DNA of 64,000 bases from Escherichia coli. GTDB taxonomy: Bacteria; Pseudomonadota; Gammaproteobacteria; Enterobacterales; Enterobacteriaceae. Position 1 is the first letter of the stretch, and each line of letters opens with the position of its first letter. This document shows, piece by piece, positions 1 through 10,069 of the stretch. The notes beneath the pieces were generated by a model. The model was not told the DNA's origin. It saw only the letters and a list, made by a program, of their open reading frames with translations, and searched no databases. The stretch lies in NCBI RefSeq assembly GCF_024298765.1, contig NZ_CP101211.1. One strand, given 5' to 3'. The position numbers were made by a program, and so were the translations under genes.

Positions 1-421
1 ACGGACCTTACTCATATTCACAACATAACGACAAAGTACAAAGCCCCGATGAAATTCGAGCAACGAGTAACATACATTCTGCTCAACTTTATCCATTATC
101 TGTGGGCAAGTCTGTTCACTAAGCAGAAGCCTTAGCGCTCTATCATTGGTAAGGCTGTAAAATGTCTGCAAAAGGCCCCATCGGTAAATTGTTGGGGCTT
201 TTTCTTTGCGTAGTTCTGATACGGTTTATCCTGTGGAGCATTATGGCCACCAGCCAGCTGGTGACTGGCCAACGCTTTGTATGACGTAGCCTACTCAGGG
301 CAGGCTATTTTAGAGGGACCGATTTTTATCCGGGCTAATTTAGAAAGAGATAATTTGAACTTAGGCGGGCTGACCACCAGCAGAGAGGTAAATCACTAGC
401 CGGTGATATTGACAGAAGTCG

Positions 422-784
422 TCAGGGGTTTAACGCCGGAATATTTTGCCAGGCCTCCTGCAAGGTCTGCAAGACTTCTACAAGTGATAGTGACGGCCAC
501 AGGACTGTTTCCGTCATTATCACTCCAGGTGGCTCGCACTCTACTGGTACCAGAATTAAAACAACACGAGTTCCTTTTACCTGGTAGGCAAGGTTTACTG
601 CCGGTTGGCGGTAGGAGGCCAGTACACCCTCACCATATTGAGCAGGGTTACTTGCCCAGTTCCGCACCATTGCATACACCTGAGGCATATACCGACTATC
701 CAGATCCCCTTTGGGCCGTCTGAACGGCACGATTTCTTCTGAGCGGTAGGTGGTCGTTGTTGTATTGGTTGTCATCTTTGTCAC
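422..784 (-). CDS. hypothetical protein (120 aa)
   Basis: ORF on the same strand as neighbouring genes; no recognisable motif. Confidence 0.3.
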   Translation of the reverse strand: MTKMTTNTTTTTYRSEEIVPFRRPKGDLDSRYMPQVYAMVRNWASNPAQYGEGVLASYRQPAVNLAYQVKGTRVVLILVPVECEPPGVIMTETVLWPSLSLVEVLQTLQEAWQNIPALNP

Positions 785-840
785 CTCCCCTGTTCGTCCA
801 TTTAGAGTTTTAAGCTGCTTTACACATCACACTCAACTGA

Positions 841-1125
841 TTATTTAAGCTGGTCATCGTCTCTGGCCAGCATAGCCCAACCATTCGACTGGTTTTCGCG
901 GGAGTAAGGATTCATTTCAAAATAACTATCTACCGCGTCGCTGTCCGCAACAGAACTGTTGTTAGCTCTCTTTGAACCCTGAACCACTACAGCATCAACC
1001 TCTGCGGCTTTCCCGTTGCGCTGTACCAGGATTTTAACCGTCTTGGGCTTACGTCTTGCGAGCAGTTTGTTGGCGATAAAAAGCACAACAATCCAGGCCA
1101 AAAGCACGTATAAAAATTTATTCAT
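841..1125 (-). CDS. small membrane protein (94 aa, N-terminal TM helix)
   Basis: hydrophobic N-terminus YVLLAWIVVLFIA followed by a basic patch; palindrome motif at 1289 lies ~165 bp upstream. Confidence 0.5.
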   Translation of the reverse strand: MNKFLYVLLAWIVVLFIANKLLARRKPKTVKILVQRNGKAAEVDAVVVQGSKRANNSSVADSDAVDSYFEMNPYSRENQSNGWAMLARDDDQLK

Positions 1126-1288
1126 AATGCCCTCCTTTGTATGTGATTATTATACCTGCTTCCATTGCAGGCCAAACAGGTTCGGTGTATGAAAAATAGA
1201 CTTCTCTCCGGCGTATAGCAATCTACTTACTGATCTGTTTTCGTATCAAACTGTATGGCATAACCGAGGGGCGTACGTGGTGAGTCAG

Positions 1289-1300
1289 AAAGTTACTTTT
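1289..1300. promoter_or_regulatory. AAAGTTACTTTT palindrome copy (candidate operator)
   Basis: exact palindromic core flanked by GG..CC; upstream of 841..1125. Confidence 0.5.
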
Positions 1301-1481
1301 CCGTAATAGTTAATTTCAGATCCTTCTTCCAGTTACGCTTCAGTATAAAACCGATACCCTCTAATTCAGCATCCTTCACGTTTAATACGCTTCACTTTAA
1401 GGCAGGGCTTTTCGGTTGATATGAATTCTTTTTCCGGTTGCTGGACATGGGTTTCATCCTGATAGTTAAAATTGCAGGCTA

Positions 1482-1784
1482 TCAGTCACCACCACCACCT
1501 CCTCCTCCTCCTCCTCCACCGCCACCATCACAACCACCAGCTATGCTATTTTCACCATTACAATCACCTCCGAGGGGGTTCAAATGGCTGCTCCCCTGTA
1601 GATGGTGTCCTTGCCAGATCGAACCCGAACCAGCGCCTCCTGAGCGTCTTTGCTTGCCCTGAGGCAATTGTGCAGGCTCACCAGCACCGGCGGTCCCAAA
1701 AATGTCCCGGGCAATTTTATAAAGAAGGTAAAAAGGTACGCCCAGCATCATAAAAAAGATTACTGAAAATATTACACGTTCCAT
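1482..1784 (-). CDS. small membrane protein with C-terminal poly-Gly tract
   Basis: N-terminal TM segment; C-terminus GGCDGGGGGGGGGGGGGGD encoded by a (GGN)n trinucleotide repeat at about 1485-1540. Confidence 0.4.
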   Translation of the reverse strand: MERVIFSVIFFMMLGVPFYLLYKIARDIFGTAGAGEPAQLPQGKQRRSGGAGSGSIWQGHHLQGSSHLNPLGGDCNGENSIAGGCDGGGGGGGGGGGGGD

Positions 1785-2216
1785 TGATGATCTCCTGTCT
1801 TGTGAGAGACCAGTTATATCAGGGTGATTCAGTATTTCCGTTTAGAAAAGAGTACTAATTTGGCCCTGTTCGATCTTAATTTGCCATCCGGGAAAAAGTC
1901 ATAGGGATAGGCCTGCCAGAGTCAATAACTTCCAGTGATCTGGAGGAGACCCCGGCTCTCTGAGCCCTCATGGATGGTACGGCTTTACCCCCTGTAAACA
2001 GATTCACGTTCCGCAGGACAAACATCGACTACTGACGTCTCATATTTGCTGACGCTAATCCGACGTCTCATTGCCGTCTGCTTGTTTTCTTTAAAGGGTG
2101 TATTAGACGAATATCAAATCGGAATGGTAGGGGATGTGTGGGCACCATGCCCGGCCCTCTTTGAGCATCTGAGAGATTGGAGACCTAGCCGGGTAAGATA
2201 GCTACTTTCTTACGGG

Positions 2217-2585
2217 TTACCCTTCAAATCCAAAGACGAAACGGACGCTGCCGTTCTCCACGTGGAGACGCTTTACTTCTTCGACAAATTCCTGGATCAC
2301 CTCTCCGGCGTTATCGGGTGGTATGGCTGACAAAATTTCTTCCGAAGTCAGCCATGAGTATGAATGTTCACCGAATAAATCATCATCTTCGGACGGTATA
2401 TCATCAGGTAATCCGCGTAATGCGTGGATAAAAACTGCTGATGTGCTCGCCCTTTCACGATCTACATCAAATCCGAGCCAGGCAAAGTGGAGATATGATC
2501 GGTCCCCTTTATAATTGCTTGATAAATTAATCCATTTACCAGGCTTTTCTTCCCTTTGAAATCGCCAGCAGATATCAACGCCCAT
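2217..2585 (-). CDS. hypothetical protein (122 aa)
   Basis: ORF in co-directional gene string; acidic, no recognised domain. Confidence 0.45.
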   Translation of the reverse strand: MGVDICWRFQREEKPGKWINLSSNYKGDRSYLHFAWLGFDVDRERASTSAVFIHALRGLPDDIPSEDDDLFGEHSYSWLTSEEILSAIPPDNAGEVIQEFVEEVKRLHVENGSVRFVFGFEG

Positions 2586-2749
2586 TAAGAAACTCCATTA
2601 CTATCGTTCGTATGAGATAACTATCATTTCAGAATACTATGACTTCTTCCCGTATAGAACTAATCGCTCACGCCAACTGGGCGAAGCCAACCGGTTCCGC
2701 CACTTCGCTCATTGGTTTTTAGGCGTAAGCACTGAAGCCAGTCTCCATG

Positions 2750-3292
2750 CTAACTGGCGAGCCTGCGAAAGTCAGACTCGTTGTTATAAAGCGGCATATC
2801 GTAAGCGGTGTCTGAAATGAACATGCGGATCTGCTCAAGCGTCATGCCACAATGAAAACGGTTTACGCTCACATTGGCCCGGGGGAAGTCAGCACAAAAC
2901 GCATTCAAAACATTTTCATGGACAATGCCAATGTTGATCAACGCAGCTGGCCCGTTGTCACGGAAGGATACGACACGGAATCCCCCATACCAGCCTGAAT
3001 GGGAGAAAAATGAAAATGCGCCGGATGCCAGACCATTAGACAGGTCATAGCGCAATTTCCCGCACAGAGACTGGCTGTCTTTGCTGTACACGCGATTAAT
3101 GAAAATACCGGGACCAACTTCTACCGGCTGCTTGTTGCTTGCTAAACACGGAAAGCCCACCAGCGAAACCTCCCTTTCTCCTGACCAGTTTACCTGATAC
3201 CCGGCAGTGAGAAAGTCCGTCAGTTCTACGCCAGAAAGAGCATTAATGGCCGCGATATCGGTAGTCAAAATATTTACGTTTTTCATATTCAT
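2750..3292 (-). CDS. hypothetical protein (180 aa)
   Basis: ORF in co-directional operon. Confidence 0.5.
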   Translation of the reverse strand: MNMKNVNILTTDIAAINALSGVELTDFLTAGYQVNWSGEREVSLVGFPCLASNKQPVEVGPGIFINRVYSKDSQSLCGKLRYDLSNGLASGAFSFFSHSGWYGGFRVVSFRDNGPAALINIGIVHENVLNAFCADFPRANVSVNRFHCGMTLEQIRMFISDTAYDMPLYNNESDFRRLAS

Positions 3293-3353
3293 CTCATCTT
3301 TATTCTAAAGTGCGTTTTTTGTCTATCAGCCCGAGGATTGAAAATTTGAATAT

Positions 3354-3791
3354 TTAATGTGACAGATAAATACCTGTCACTTTTTCAAAAACAGCCTGTA
3401 ATTGAATATCGAGAGAGTTCATTTTAAAATCCACCAGCTCAGCTTTATTATCGCAAACCAAATAAAAATAGGAGTCAAATGCGTCTGTATCTTCATCTTT
3501 AAAAATACGGAAGGAATTAATTTTATCATGCCCTTCAAATTCGGCATGAATACCATAGCGAACCGAGCCGTCATCGAACTGAACAACCCGTCGTACAGAA
3601 TTAATCCGGACGTACTGTTTTAAGGCCCTCGCGAAATCGGCATTTAACGCCAACGCTCGTAAGATTGAATCAGCGGTTTCATTCTGCTTTTTACGATCGT
3701 ATTCAAATATCCCACAGCCGGTGTTACGAAAGACCGGCTGAAGAGCATTAACCAGGTTGAAGGAATCCACGTTTCTGTCGTTTCTGTACAT
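3354..3791 (-). CDS. hypothetical protein (145 aa)
   Basis: ORF in co-directional operon. Confidence 0.5.
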   Translation of the reverse strand: MYRNDRNVDSFNLVNALQPVFRNTGCGIFEYDRKKQNETADSILRALALNADFARALKQYVRINSVRRVVQFDDGSVRYGIHAEFEGHDKINSFRIFKDEDTDAFDSYFYLVCDNKAELVDFKMNSLDIQLQAVFEKVTGIYLSH

Positions 3792-3835
3792 GAGATATCT
3801 CCTGCCCCTCCGCTATACGAAGGGGCTTGATAGGG

Positions 3836-4132
3836 TTACTGCCAGGCTGCGATCACTTCTTCGCACTGGAAATGAGATAAGCACTGCTGGAGTAGAAGAG
3901 CCAGCACCGCTGTGTTAGGGACGCGATTGTTACACCACGCGTTGAAAAGCAGCTGCCATGGACCGGCATAATACCCGGCCAGTTTCTTTTTTTGTTTAGC
4001 TGTACGGCAGCGGGAAATGGCCTGCTGATAAAGGCTTTCATTCTCATCACCAGCCCGTTTTTGCAGAGTGCGATAAATATACGAATAAAGACTGTCAGAA
4101 CAGTTTGAAGCGTACGCCAGTTGTTTTTTCAT
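3836..4132 (-). CDS. hypothetical protein (98 aa)
   Basis: ORF with AGGAGG RBS; preceded by the TTATTAGCC-N16-TATAAT promoter-like element. Confidence 0.5.
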   Translation of the reverse strand: MKKQLAYASNCSDSLYSYIYRTLQKRAGDENESLYQQAISRCRTAKQKKKLAGYYAGPWQLLFNAWCNNRVPNTAVLALLLQQCLSHFQCEEVIAAWQ

Positions 4133-4175
4133 AATACCTCCTGTTTAGAAGTATTATATGTAAACAGCCTCAGCG

Positions 4176-4187
4176 GCTAATAACCCG
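4176..4187 (-). promoter_or_regulatory. conserved promoter-proximal element (GGTTATTAGCC on coding strand) with TATAAT 16 bp downstream
   Basis: read on minus strand: GGTTATTAGCC gctgaggctgtttaca TATAAT, then AGGAGG and ATG of 3836..4132. Confidence 0.5.
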
Positions 4188-4252
4188 TAGCAATATAATT
4201 TGCATTTTTTCTATTTCTGAAGACGCTTTTTAAATTAATATTTACTGAGTTA

Positions 4253-4531
4253 TCACAACTTATTATTCTTCCCGTCTGCTGTTTTATTAATCCCCCAGTT
4301 AGTAATCACGCCAAGTCGGCGCAATTTTTCACGTTGTTCATAAATAAAAAAATCGCCAAGGCAGTCTTTTAAAACTTCACTATCCTGATATTTTATTTTT
4401 TGAAGCATCCTCGCAACTATGGCGCGTTTCAGGAATATGGCTGCATCAGACTCAAGCATTTGTGAGGACTGTCTGACGGTCTCCTGCATGTCGACGATAC
4501 TGCTGAGCTTTCGTCTGACCACGCTTAGCAT
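4253..4531 (-). CDS. hypothetical protein (92 aa)
   Basis: ORF in operon. Confidence 0.4.
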   Translation of the reverse strand: MLSVVRRKLSSIVDMQETVRQSSQMLESDAAIFLKRAIVARMLQKIKYQDSEVLKDCLGDFFIYEQREKLRRLGVITNWGINKTADGKNNKL

Positions 4532-4715
4532 AGTGTCCGGGAACCGCTTAGCGGCTGAATGTAACCCGCAACAACGTTACGCATTGTTTTACTCACTGCA
4601 ATTTTCCATTTAAGTCTGTTTGTTCCACCAGCTGCTAACATCAGCGTTATTCATCCTGAGGTTTCGCCCGCGATTGACAGATCAGAGGCAGCATGGATGA
4701 AATTGCCAGAGTAGA

Positions 4716-4997
4716 TCACTGCATACGCGAATAGTGGTTTGTATTCAGTTCTGCGTTTGCCTGCTTTTCCAGTGCTGTCATAACCCGGCGGAGCATCGCC
4801 AGAGCCTGAACAGGCGAGCTCCCAAACTGCACTTTCACTTCAGCCGTATCATGATCCTGAATCAGGTCGAGTATATTCACTTCGATCCCTGCCCCGTTTT
4901 CATCTTTTGCCGTGCACTGAATACTTACCCGGGTCACCGAATCCGTCAGGACTGGCAGTGGGTTAGTTTTGTCTACGTTGATAACAGCCTTCTTCAT
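4716..4997 (-). CDS. hypothetical protein (93 aa)
   Basis: ORF immediately downstream of ParB-like gene. Confidence 0.45.
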   Translation of the reverse strand: MKKAVINVDKTNPLPVLTDSVTRVSIQCTAKDENGAGIEVNILDLIQDHDTAEVKVQFGSSPVQALAMLRRVMTALEKQANAELNTNHYSRMQ

Positions 4998-5062
4998 TGC
5001 CCTGTTTCCCCTTGTCCTGAAAAAGTTACCGACCCGTCCGGATGGAGGGGTCGGTCAGAAAA

Positions 5063-6247
5063 TCATGACTGTCCCTTGTTCATCTTATCAGCATGCTTAC
5101 GCAGGTACTCTTTCAGGTCAGCATGAGCGTTGATGATATCGTTCATTTCATCATTGGTCAGAACAAGCGTGTAAGTATCAGTACTGACAGATTCACCTTC
5201 TTTAAGCTTGGCTTCTTCAGCAATACGTTCAAAAATCGGGATCGCGGTGTCTGCAATGACGGTCACAGTCTTTTTGTTCAGAACGCTGGACATGGAAGGT
5301 GCTTTACCTGCCGGGTTCTGTTTAGGAGCGCTGTCCTTTGGAGCTGGAGCCGGTTCCTGTACCGGTGGCGTATCCAGCGTCTCCGTATTGCTTTCATCGT
5401 TCAGTTGATCCGGTACCGGGGTGTTATCGGTAGTATCATCTGCCGGTTGCTCAGCACCGATGTTTTCCGGAGTCTGCGGATCTGCCATGCGCTCTTCTAC
5501 CTTGGCAGCTTTGACGAATTTCAGCGTGTTTTTCGTCGCCTTGCCATAGATGGAGATCGCTTTGTTGATGTTATCTACCGCATCCTCACCGCTGTACATA
5601 TACTCGTCCAGTGCAACGTACATGCTCACCTGATCGCTCACAAGCATGGTCTGTAGTTCAGAAGGCAGGTCCAGTACGCGAACCATCTGGCGAAGATGCT
5701 GCTCTGATTTACCACGTTTTTTTGCCAGTTCCGCAAAGGTCTTAGGCTCTTCTTTATCTTCAACCAGACGCTTAATTGAAAGCGCTTCAGCTACGACAGA
5801 CAGCGCCAGGTTGGAGTTGCCGGTCAGGGTGAAGAGTTCTGCTTTTGAAGCGCTACCGCGAAACTCTTCGCAGCGAATACGAGTAATGCGTTCACGCCCT
5901 TCTGCTTCCAGCTGGCGGTTTGCAATAGCGATGGAACGGATACGGCAAGCCCCCTGACGCAGTACAGGTACGCCATTAACCATCTGAACAACGATAGGCG
6001 TCACGCTGAACGGGTCTTCCATGTAGGCATCGGCCAGGCTGTTCAGGTGTTCCACAACGTGAGGCATTGAATAGTAGAGCTCGCCCATACCGGCCGTGCG
6101 GGTGTTAAAGCCTTCCTGCTCTACAACAACCGAAGGGTCAATGATAAGGCCGTTGCCTTTACGGGCACCGTTACCAGTGCGTTCCAGGTAACCACGAAGG
6201 CTGATTTCGTTGCTGTTGTTTTTTACTTCAGTTTCGATTGCGGACAT
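5063..6247 (-). CDS. ParB-like nuclease domain protein (394 aa)
   Basis: ParB/Srx-type N-terminal box (GVPVLRQGACRIRS, compare paralog VRQGHCRLK at 58095..59258); Pro/Asp-rich acidic linker; two palindrome copies upstream. Confidence 0.75.
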   Translation of the reverse strand: MSAIETEVKNNSNEISLRGYLERTGNGARKGNGLIIDPSVVVEQEGFNTRTAGMGELYYSMPHVVEHLNSLADAYMEDPFSVTPIVVQMVNGVPVLRQGACRIRSIAIANRQLEAEGRERITRIRCEEFRGSASKAELFTLTGNSNLALSVVAEALSIKRLVEDKEEPKTFAELAKKRGKSEQHLRQMVRVLDLPSELQTMLVSDQVSMYVALDEYMYSGEDAVDNINKAISIYGKATKNTLKFVKAAKVEERMADPQTPENIGAEQPADDTTDNTPVPDQLNDESNTETLDTPPVQEPAPAPKDSAPKQNPAGKAPSMSSVLNKKTVTVIADTAIPIFERIAEEAKLKEGESVSTDTYTLVLTNDEMNDIINAHADLKEYLRKHADKMNKGQS

Positions 6248-6315
6248 TTTTGTTCTCTTTTTTGGTTGGTTGTTTAACTGCGCTACAACACAACAATACC
6301 AGGTTCGACATTTTT

Positions 6316-6326
6316 CCTAATAGGTT
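6316..6326 (-). promoter_or_regulatory. CCTATTAGG element adjacent to palindrome, candidate -35 region for ParB-like gene
   Basis: variant of the GGTTATTAGCC element; 16 bp upstream of a TATTGT -10-like hexamer on the minus strand. Confidence 0.35.
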
Positions 6327-6335
6327 GCGGAGAAG

Positions 6336-6350
6336 AAAAAGTAACTTTTT
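6336..6350. promoter_or_regulatory. AAAAAGTAACTTTTT palindrome copy
   Basis: exact palindrome ~90 bp upstream of ParB-like start. Confidence 0.5.
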
Positions 6351-6462
6351 TTAAAAATTTTCCTGAGGCAATACTACTCGATCCGTCCGTTTTAAATCTT
6401 CACAACAGTGGGCCGTTTTTACGTTTAAGCAAAATAACTGGTTCAGAAGGTGACTCAGAGAG

Positions 6463-6475
6463 AAAAGTTACTTTT
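6463..6475. promoter_or_regulatory. AAAAGTTACTTTT palindrome copy
   Basis: second copy ~215 bp upstream of ParB-like start, with the extended form ...AGAAAAGTTACTTTTCCGG. Confidence 0.5.
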
Positions 6476-6662
6476 CCGGTTGTCTGGGCCAGTGATGGGA
6501 GAGTGGCAGGACAGGAATGGCTAAACCGGTGCGGGTCTCTTGTAAGTCGCAGGGGATTCAGGAGATATAGAGGTAAACTGGTACGTTCAGTTTTTGGATT
6601 GAGCCGGGCTTTTGGCCCGGGCTTAAGGAAGCAGAAATTTGAACGAACTGGCAGGTAATGCT

Positions 6663-6839
6663 TTATGCCGCCGACAGCTGGCCGTCAGTGCTTTGCTGTT
6701 CTGGTTTGACAGTTGGGGGATAACCGGCAGTTAGCCGCTGGCATTCCGCATCACAGAAAGCCCTGAGGTTGCTGAAGACGGACTCCATGAAATCAGCATG
6801 AGCATACGAGTCTACAGGACGTGTCTTGTTATCTTTCAT
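6663..6839 (-). CDS. hypothetical small protein
   Basis: ORF (MKDNKTRPVDSYAHADF...); weak support. Confidence 0.3.
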   Translation of the reverse strand: MKDNKTRPVDSYAHADFMESVFSNLRAFCDAECQRLTAGYPPTVKPEQQSTDGQLSAA

Positions 6840-7348
6840 CTTGTTCTCCTCAATCATTATTAAAACCAGCGGATTTAGTTTCTGGCGCTCCATCTGCTGA
6901 CCGGCTTTCCCAGAGAGCAGCGATGTGTCGGGTTCTTTTTCTCATTTTATCGTTTTCATCGGGCCCATCCGGGCGTATAAGAGACCGATTTGGCATGTTT
7001 AGGAAACGTACTGGCGTAATTAAAAGCTGAGGTTGGATTTGGAATAAAAGGATGCTTTTCCCGTTTGTCGGGTCTTTCGCCACCGCTGCACGATGATTCT
7101 GTCAGGCATTCTGCGCCCTCCCAGGCTGCACATCTGGAAACAAGCGTTGGGATGTTCCCTTCCCCTGCTCACCGTAGAAAGATCGGCAAGTCCCGACGGT
7201 CGTTCCGTACGAGCCGGGTCCAAATAATGAATAAATAAAACGCCGCTTCAATTGTATTGACAATAGAAGTCAGGAGGATCATAGTGTCATTCATGGTGCG
7301 GCTTTCGCACCACCGCCCCGGCGGTACCGGGCAGAACTGGAGTACCTC

Positions 7349-8293
7349 ATGAAACTTTCCCGTCAGACGACTTCTGATACTTCTGTTGATGGCCGTTCAC
7401 GCGCATATGCCTGGGGCCGTGTCCATTATTTCATTATCGAACATGCACCAATGGCTGAGCTGGTCGCTATTGACGAGCTGCTGGAAAAAGCTGGCTGGAG
7501 CAATGACGGCTGTCCGAACTATGAGAAAGATGACGAGTTTGGTAATGCTGGTTACAGCTGTGGTTACTGGATCGATATTGACAGCGTGGGAAGCTTCAAG
7601 GCTGACTACAAACGTCTTAAGGGGGAGATTAGTGCGCATATCGCCTCAAAGGCGGCAGAGGTGGAGATCCGCGTACTGGACTCGATGTCCGACAAAGAAT
7701 GTAAAGATGTTGCCTCGGTGGCATCTACTGTTCGCCGTGACTTACGTACGCAGTCCGAATCGCTTCATTCACTGCGTACAATCGTAACGGTTGATCATTA
7801 CAATCCCTATGTGACCACCAGCCGCCCGCTGAGCATTTCCGCCTGGACACTTATCCACGACTGTCTGAAAACAGGCACCATCAATGACGTCTGTTCACGG
7901 TTGAGTTCATTAATCCTGCACTCTGAAGCCGCGATTGCCCGTTGTAAGGGAAGCTCCGACTACTCTTCGGAACACGCTCAGCTATCGTTTTTTGCTGGTA
8001 ACGACTATGTCACCAGACGCACCCTTGTTGATGCAGCTCACGAAGAGGCTCTGCGAATGAACCGCCGCTTTGATGAACGCATTGCAATGAACGCGGATTC
8101 TGATGCCAGAAGGCTCCAGTGCGAATTCAACCTTAGCAACCATGTCGTACAGCGTAGGACCGTTGAATCTGCTCATATCCAGGCACTCAATGAAGACGTC
8201 ACCCGTTCACAGGCGGAACCACGCTGCCCTGGAAAGCTTCTTCTGAATATGACCAGTCATGAGGAAGTGCGGGACTCACTGAGCGCCTGTTAG
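7349..8293 (+). CDS. hypothetical protein (314 aa)
   Basis: first gene of a plus-strand four-gene block; TTGACA-like hexamer upstream. Confidence 0.5.
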   Translation: MKLSRQTTSDTSVDGRSRAYAWGRVHYFIIEHAPMAELVAIDELLEKAGWSNDGCPNYEKDDEFGNAGYSCGYWIDIDSVGSFKADYKRLKGEISAHIASKAAEVEIRVLDSMSDKECKDVASVASTVRRDLRTQSESLHSLRTIVTVDHYNPYVTTSRPLSISAWTLIHDCLKTGTINDVCSRLSSLILHSEAAIARCKGSSDYSSEHAQLSFFAGNDYVTRRTLVDAAHEEALRMNRRFDERIAMNADSDARRLQCEFNLSNHVVQRRTVESAHIQALNEDVTRSQAEPRCPGKLLLNMTSHEEVRDSLSAC

Positions 8294-8389
8294 TCCAGCG
8301 ACACCCCCTGCGGCTCTACTACCGGGCCGCAGTCTGCTCCTGCCCAGATGGTGCCAGTGGTGTAATGAATTTGTTTAATAAGGCTAAGT

Positions 8390-8992
8390 ATGATGAATAA
8401 AGAACAACTAATCGACAAACTGGAACGCGTGGTATGTGGTCAGTACTCCTACGAAATGCAGGAGCTTGCGTATTCGGCCCTCTGCTGCATTAAAGGCACC
8501 CCGGACGACTGCGCTAAGTTCCCTGTTACGCGTCCGCTGCCTGACACCTTAGTGGACGTATGGGACGAAATCGGGCAATACCTTGGCACAGGCAAAGCCA
8601 TTGAAACTCGCAGTTGCGGCGTTTCGCTTCTGCTTCATGGACACTGCTACGATTCAAATCATGTGCTTTACTGGCGCAATGCTGGCGCACTTCCAGCAGC
8701 TTGCGATACGCCACTGGCTGGTGGGTCTCGCAAACTGTTCACCTGCTCAGCCTGTGGAGTGGACGGTCTGGATGAACCACCTGAAACCAGTTGCCACTGC
8801 TGCACAGAGGGGGCCCACTGGGTTGAGAGCAGGCTCTTCACCTCCGGGCAGGCAGACCCTGAAGAATTTAGACCCGTGGCGGTCGTGAAAGAGTGTGCAG
8901 GCTCAACGCCGGATGATCGGCTCATCTGGAGTGTGATTGAACAGCTCAACGGCGAACTGGCGGAAGGCGATAAACTATTTAAGCGACGCTGA
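8390..8992 (+). CDS. Cys-rich hypothetical protein (200 aa)
   Basis: multiple CxxC/CC pairs (CSACG, CHCC); candidate metal-binding protein. Confidence 0.5.
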   Translation: MMNKEQLIDKLERVVCGQYSYEMQELAYSALCCIKGTPDDCAKFPVTRPLPDTLVDVWDEIGQYLGTGKAIETRSCGVSLLLHGHCYDSNHVLYWRNAGALPAACDTPLAGGSRKLFTCSACGVDGLDEPPETSCHCCTEGAHWVESRLFTSGQADPEEFRPVAVVKECAGSTPDDRLIWSVIEQLNGELAEGDKLFKRR

Positions 8993-9045
8993 CAGATCAC
9001 GGCAGCATTTATAACAGACGAACTCCAGAATAATTTAAAGCAACC

Positions 9046-9402
9046 ATGAACATGAAAAAGCCCAAAGCTGCATTACAGAATGCCATGAAAGAAGATGTGC
9101 CAGCTGTGACACAGATTCAGATGCGATCTACGGTTTCCAGAAAGGTTCGCTATGTAAAACAGGCAAATCGAGAGGGTCTGAAATTATCTGAGTGGATGTC
9201 GCGGCATCTCGACGCTGTCTGTGATACCGCAGATGAGATTCATAAAGGCAAACGCTCAACTCCGGTTGCGCCTGGGAAGATTCCCCCAGAGGTATACCAG
9301 GTGATATACGATCAGTGCGGCGGGTTCGTGGAGTGTGATGCTAATGCCCAGGTTATCTGGGAAGCCTGCCGTAATGCCATTCTTAACGGAGACAAAGGGT
9401 AA
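9046..9402 (+). CDS. putative ribbon-helix-helix DNA-binding protein (118 aa)
   Basis: N-terminal strand-helix pattern QMRSTVSRKVRYVKQANREGLKLSEWM; paralog of 35810..36067. Confidence 0.4.
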   Translation: MNMKKPKAALQNAMKEDVPAVTQIQMRSTVSRKVRYVKQANREGLKLSEWMSRHLDAVCDTADEIHKGKRSTPVAPGKIPPEVYQVIYDQCGGFVECDANAQVIWEACRNAILNGDKG

Positions 9403-9432
9403 ACGGCAGGTATCGCCTGTCATTTTACCCTT

Positions 9433-9651
9433 GTGAGGACAATACTGATGAACCATGAGAGCCGAACTGTATACCTGAACACGGCCATTGAGGCCCTGCT
9501 GAAAGCTGAGGCGGCTCTGAACGATCTGGCATTAGCCTATGAGCTTAAACCTGATGAAAAGGCAAGCGCATGCCATCCCAGAACCGGCACACTTTCCACT
9601 GCGTCCCAGGTAAAAAAACTCCGCCGTGTCCTTGAGAAGCAGAAGGTATGA
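9433..9651 (+). CDS. hypothetical protein (72 aa)
   Basis: ORF following 9046..9402. Confidence 0.35.
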   Translation: MRTILMNHESRTVYLNTAIEALLKAEAALNDLALAYELKPDEKASACHPRTGTLSTASQVKKLRRVLEKQKV

Positions 9652-9660
9652 AGGGCTGCA

Positions 9661-9963
9661 TCAGCCAGGCCCGGATATAAATACATGCTCTGCCAGGTGA
9701 GTACCACTGCCCGGTAGCCGAATGATAAGTTTTGATTTCACGGTTGCAATTTCTCCCTCTGGCATCACTGCTCCACGATGCACCCCGATCAGCTTAGCGT
9801 CTGAAAATGAAGATGCACCGGACCTGCATGAAGCGGAACGGTGCCCAGCTGAGTGTTTGTGGGCACAATGAACCGCAATTTCATGATGGGAATGAAAGAT
9901 GGCTGGTGGCCCGCTGATATGAACGCTTACCCTGCATAACGTTACTAACCACAATCTTTTCAC
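9661..9963 (-). CDS. hypothetical protein (100 aa)
   Basis: ORF downstream of hok terminator; weak. Confidence 0.25.
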   Translation of the reverse strand: MKRLWLVTLCRVSVHISGPPAIFHSHHEIAVHCAHKHSAGHRSASCRSGASSFSDAKLIGVHRGAVMPEGEIATVKSKLIIRLPGSGTHLAEHVFISGPG

Positions 9964-9964
9964 T

Positions 9965-10003
9965 AAAAGAAAAAAGGGTTCCTCCGCTTTAGAGGAACCC
10001 TTT
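9965..10003 (-). terminator. intrinsic terminator
   Basis: minus-strand stem AAGGGTTCCTC/GAGGAACCCTT followed by TTTTCTTTT. Confidence 0.55.
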
Positions 10004-10039
10004 CAAAAGGTGCCGATGGCATACTAATCCACACCCTGA

Positions 10040-10063
10040 AAAGAGGGGGGTTGCCCCCCTCTT
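10040..10063 (-). terminator. hairpin at hok 3' end (terminator or fold-back element)
   Basis: stem AGAGGGGGG-ttg-CCCCCCTCT just 3' of the hok stop codon. Confidence 0.45.
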
Positions 10064-10069
10064 TGTCAG

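Noticed and set aside
403-723. Plus-strand ORF 403..723
   Set aside because: It overlaps the co-directional minus-strand ORF 422..784 and has an Arg/Pro-rich composition; neither frame is strongly supported, but the minus-strand one fits the local gene orientation.
5093-5957. Plus-strand ORFs overlapping the ParB-like gene (5093..5656, 5208..5408, 5646..5957)
   Set aside because: They are antisense to a well-supported CDS and have low-complexity, Arg/Ser-rich composition; the same applies to most other listed ORFs that overlap larger genes on the opposite strand.
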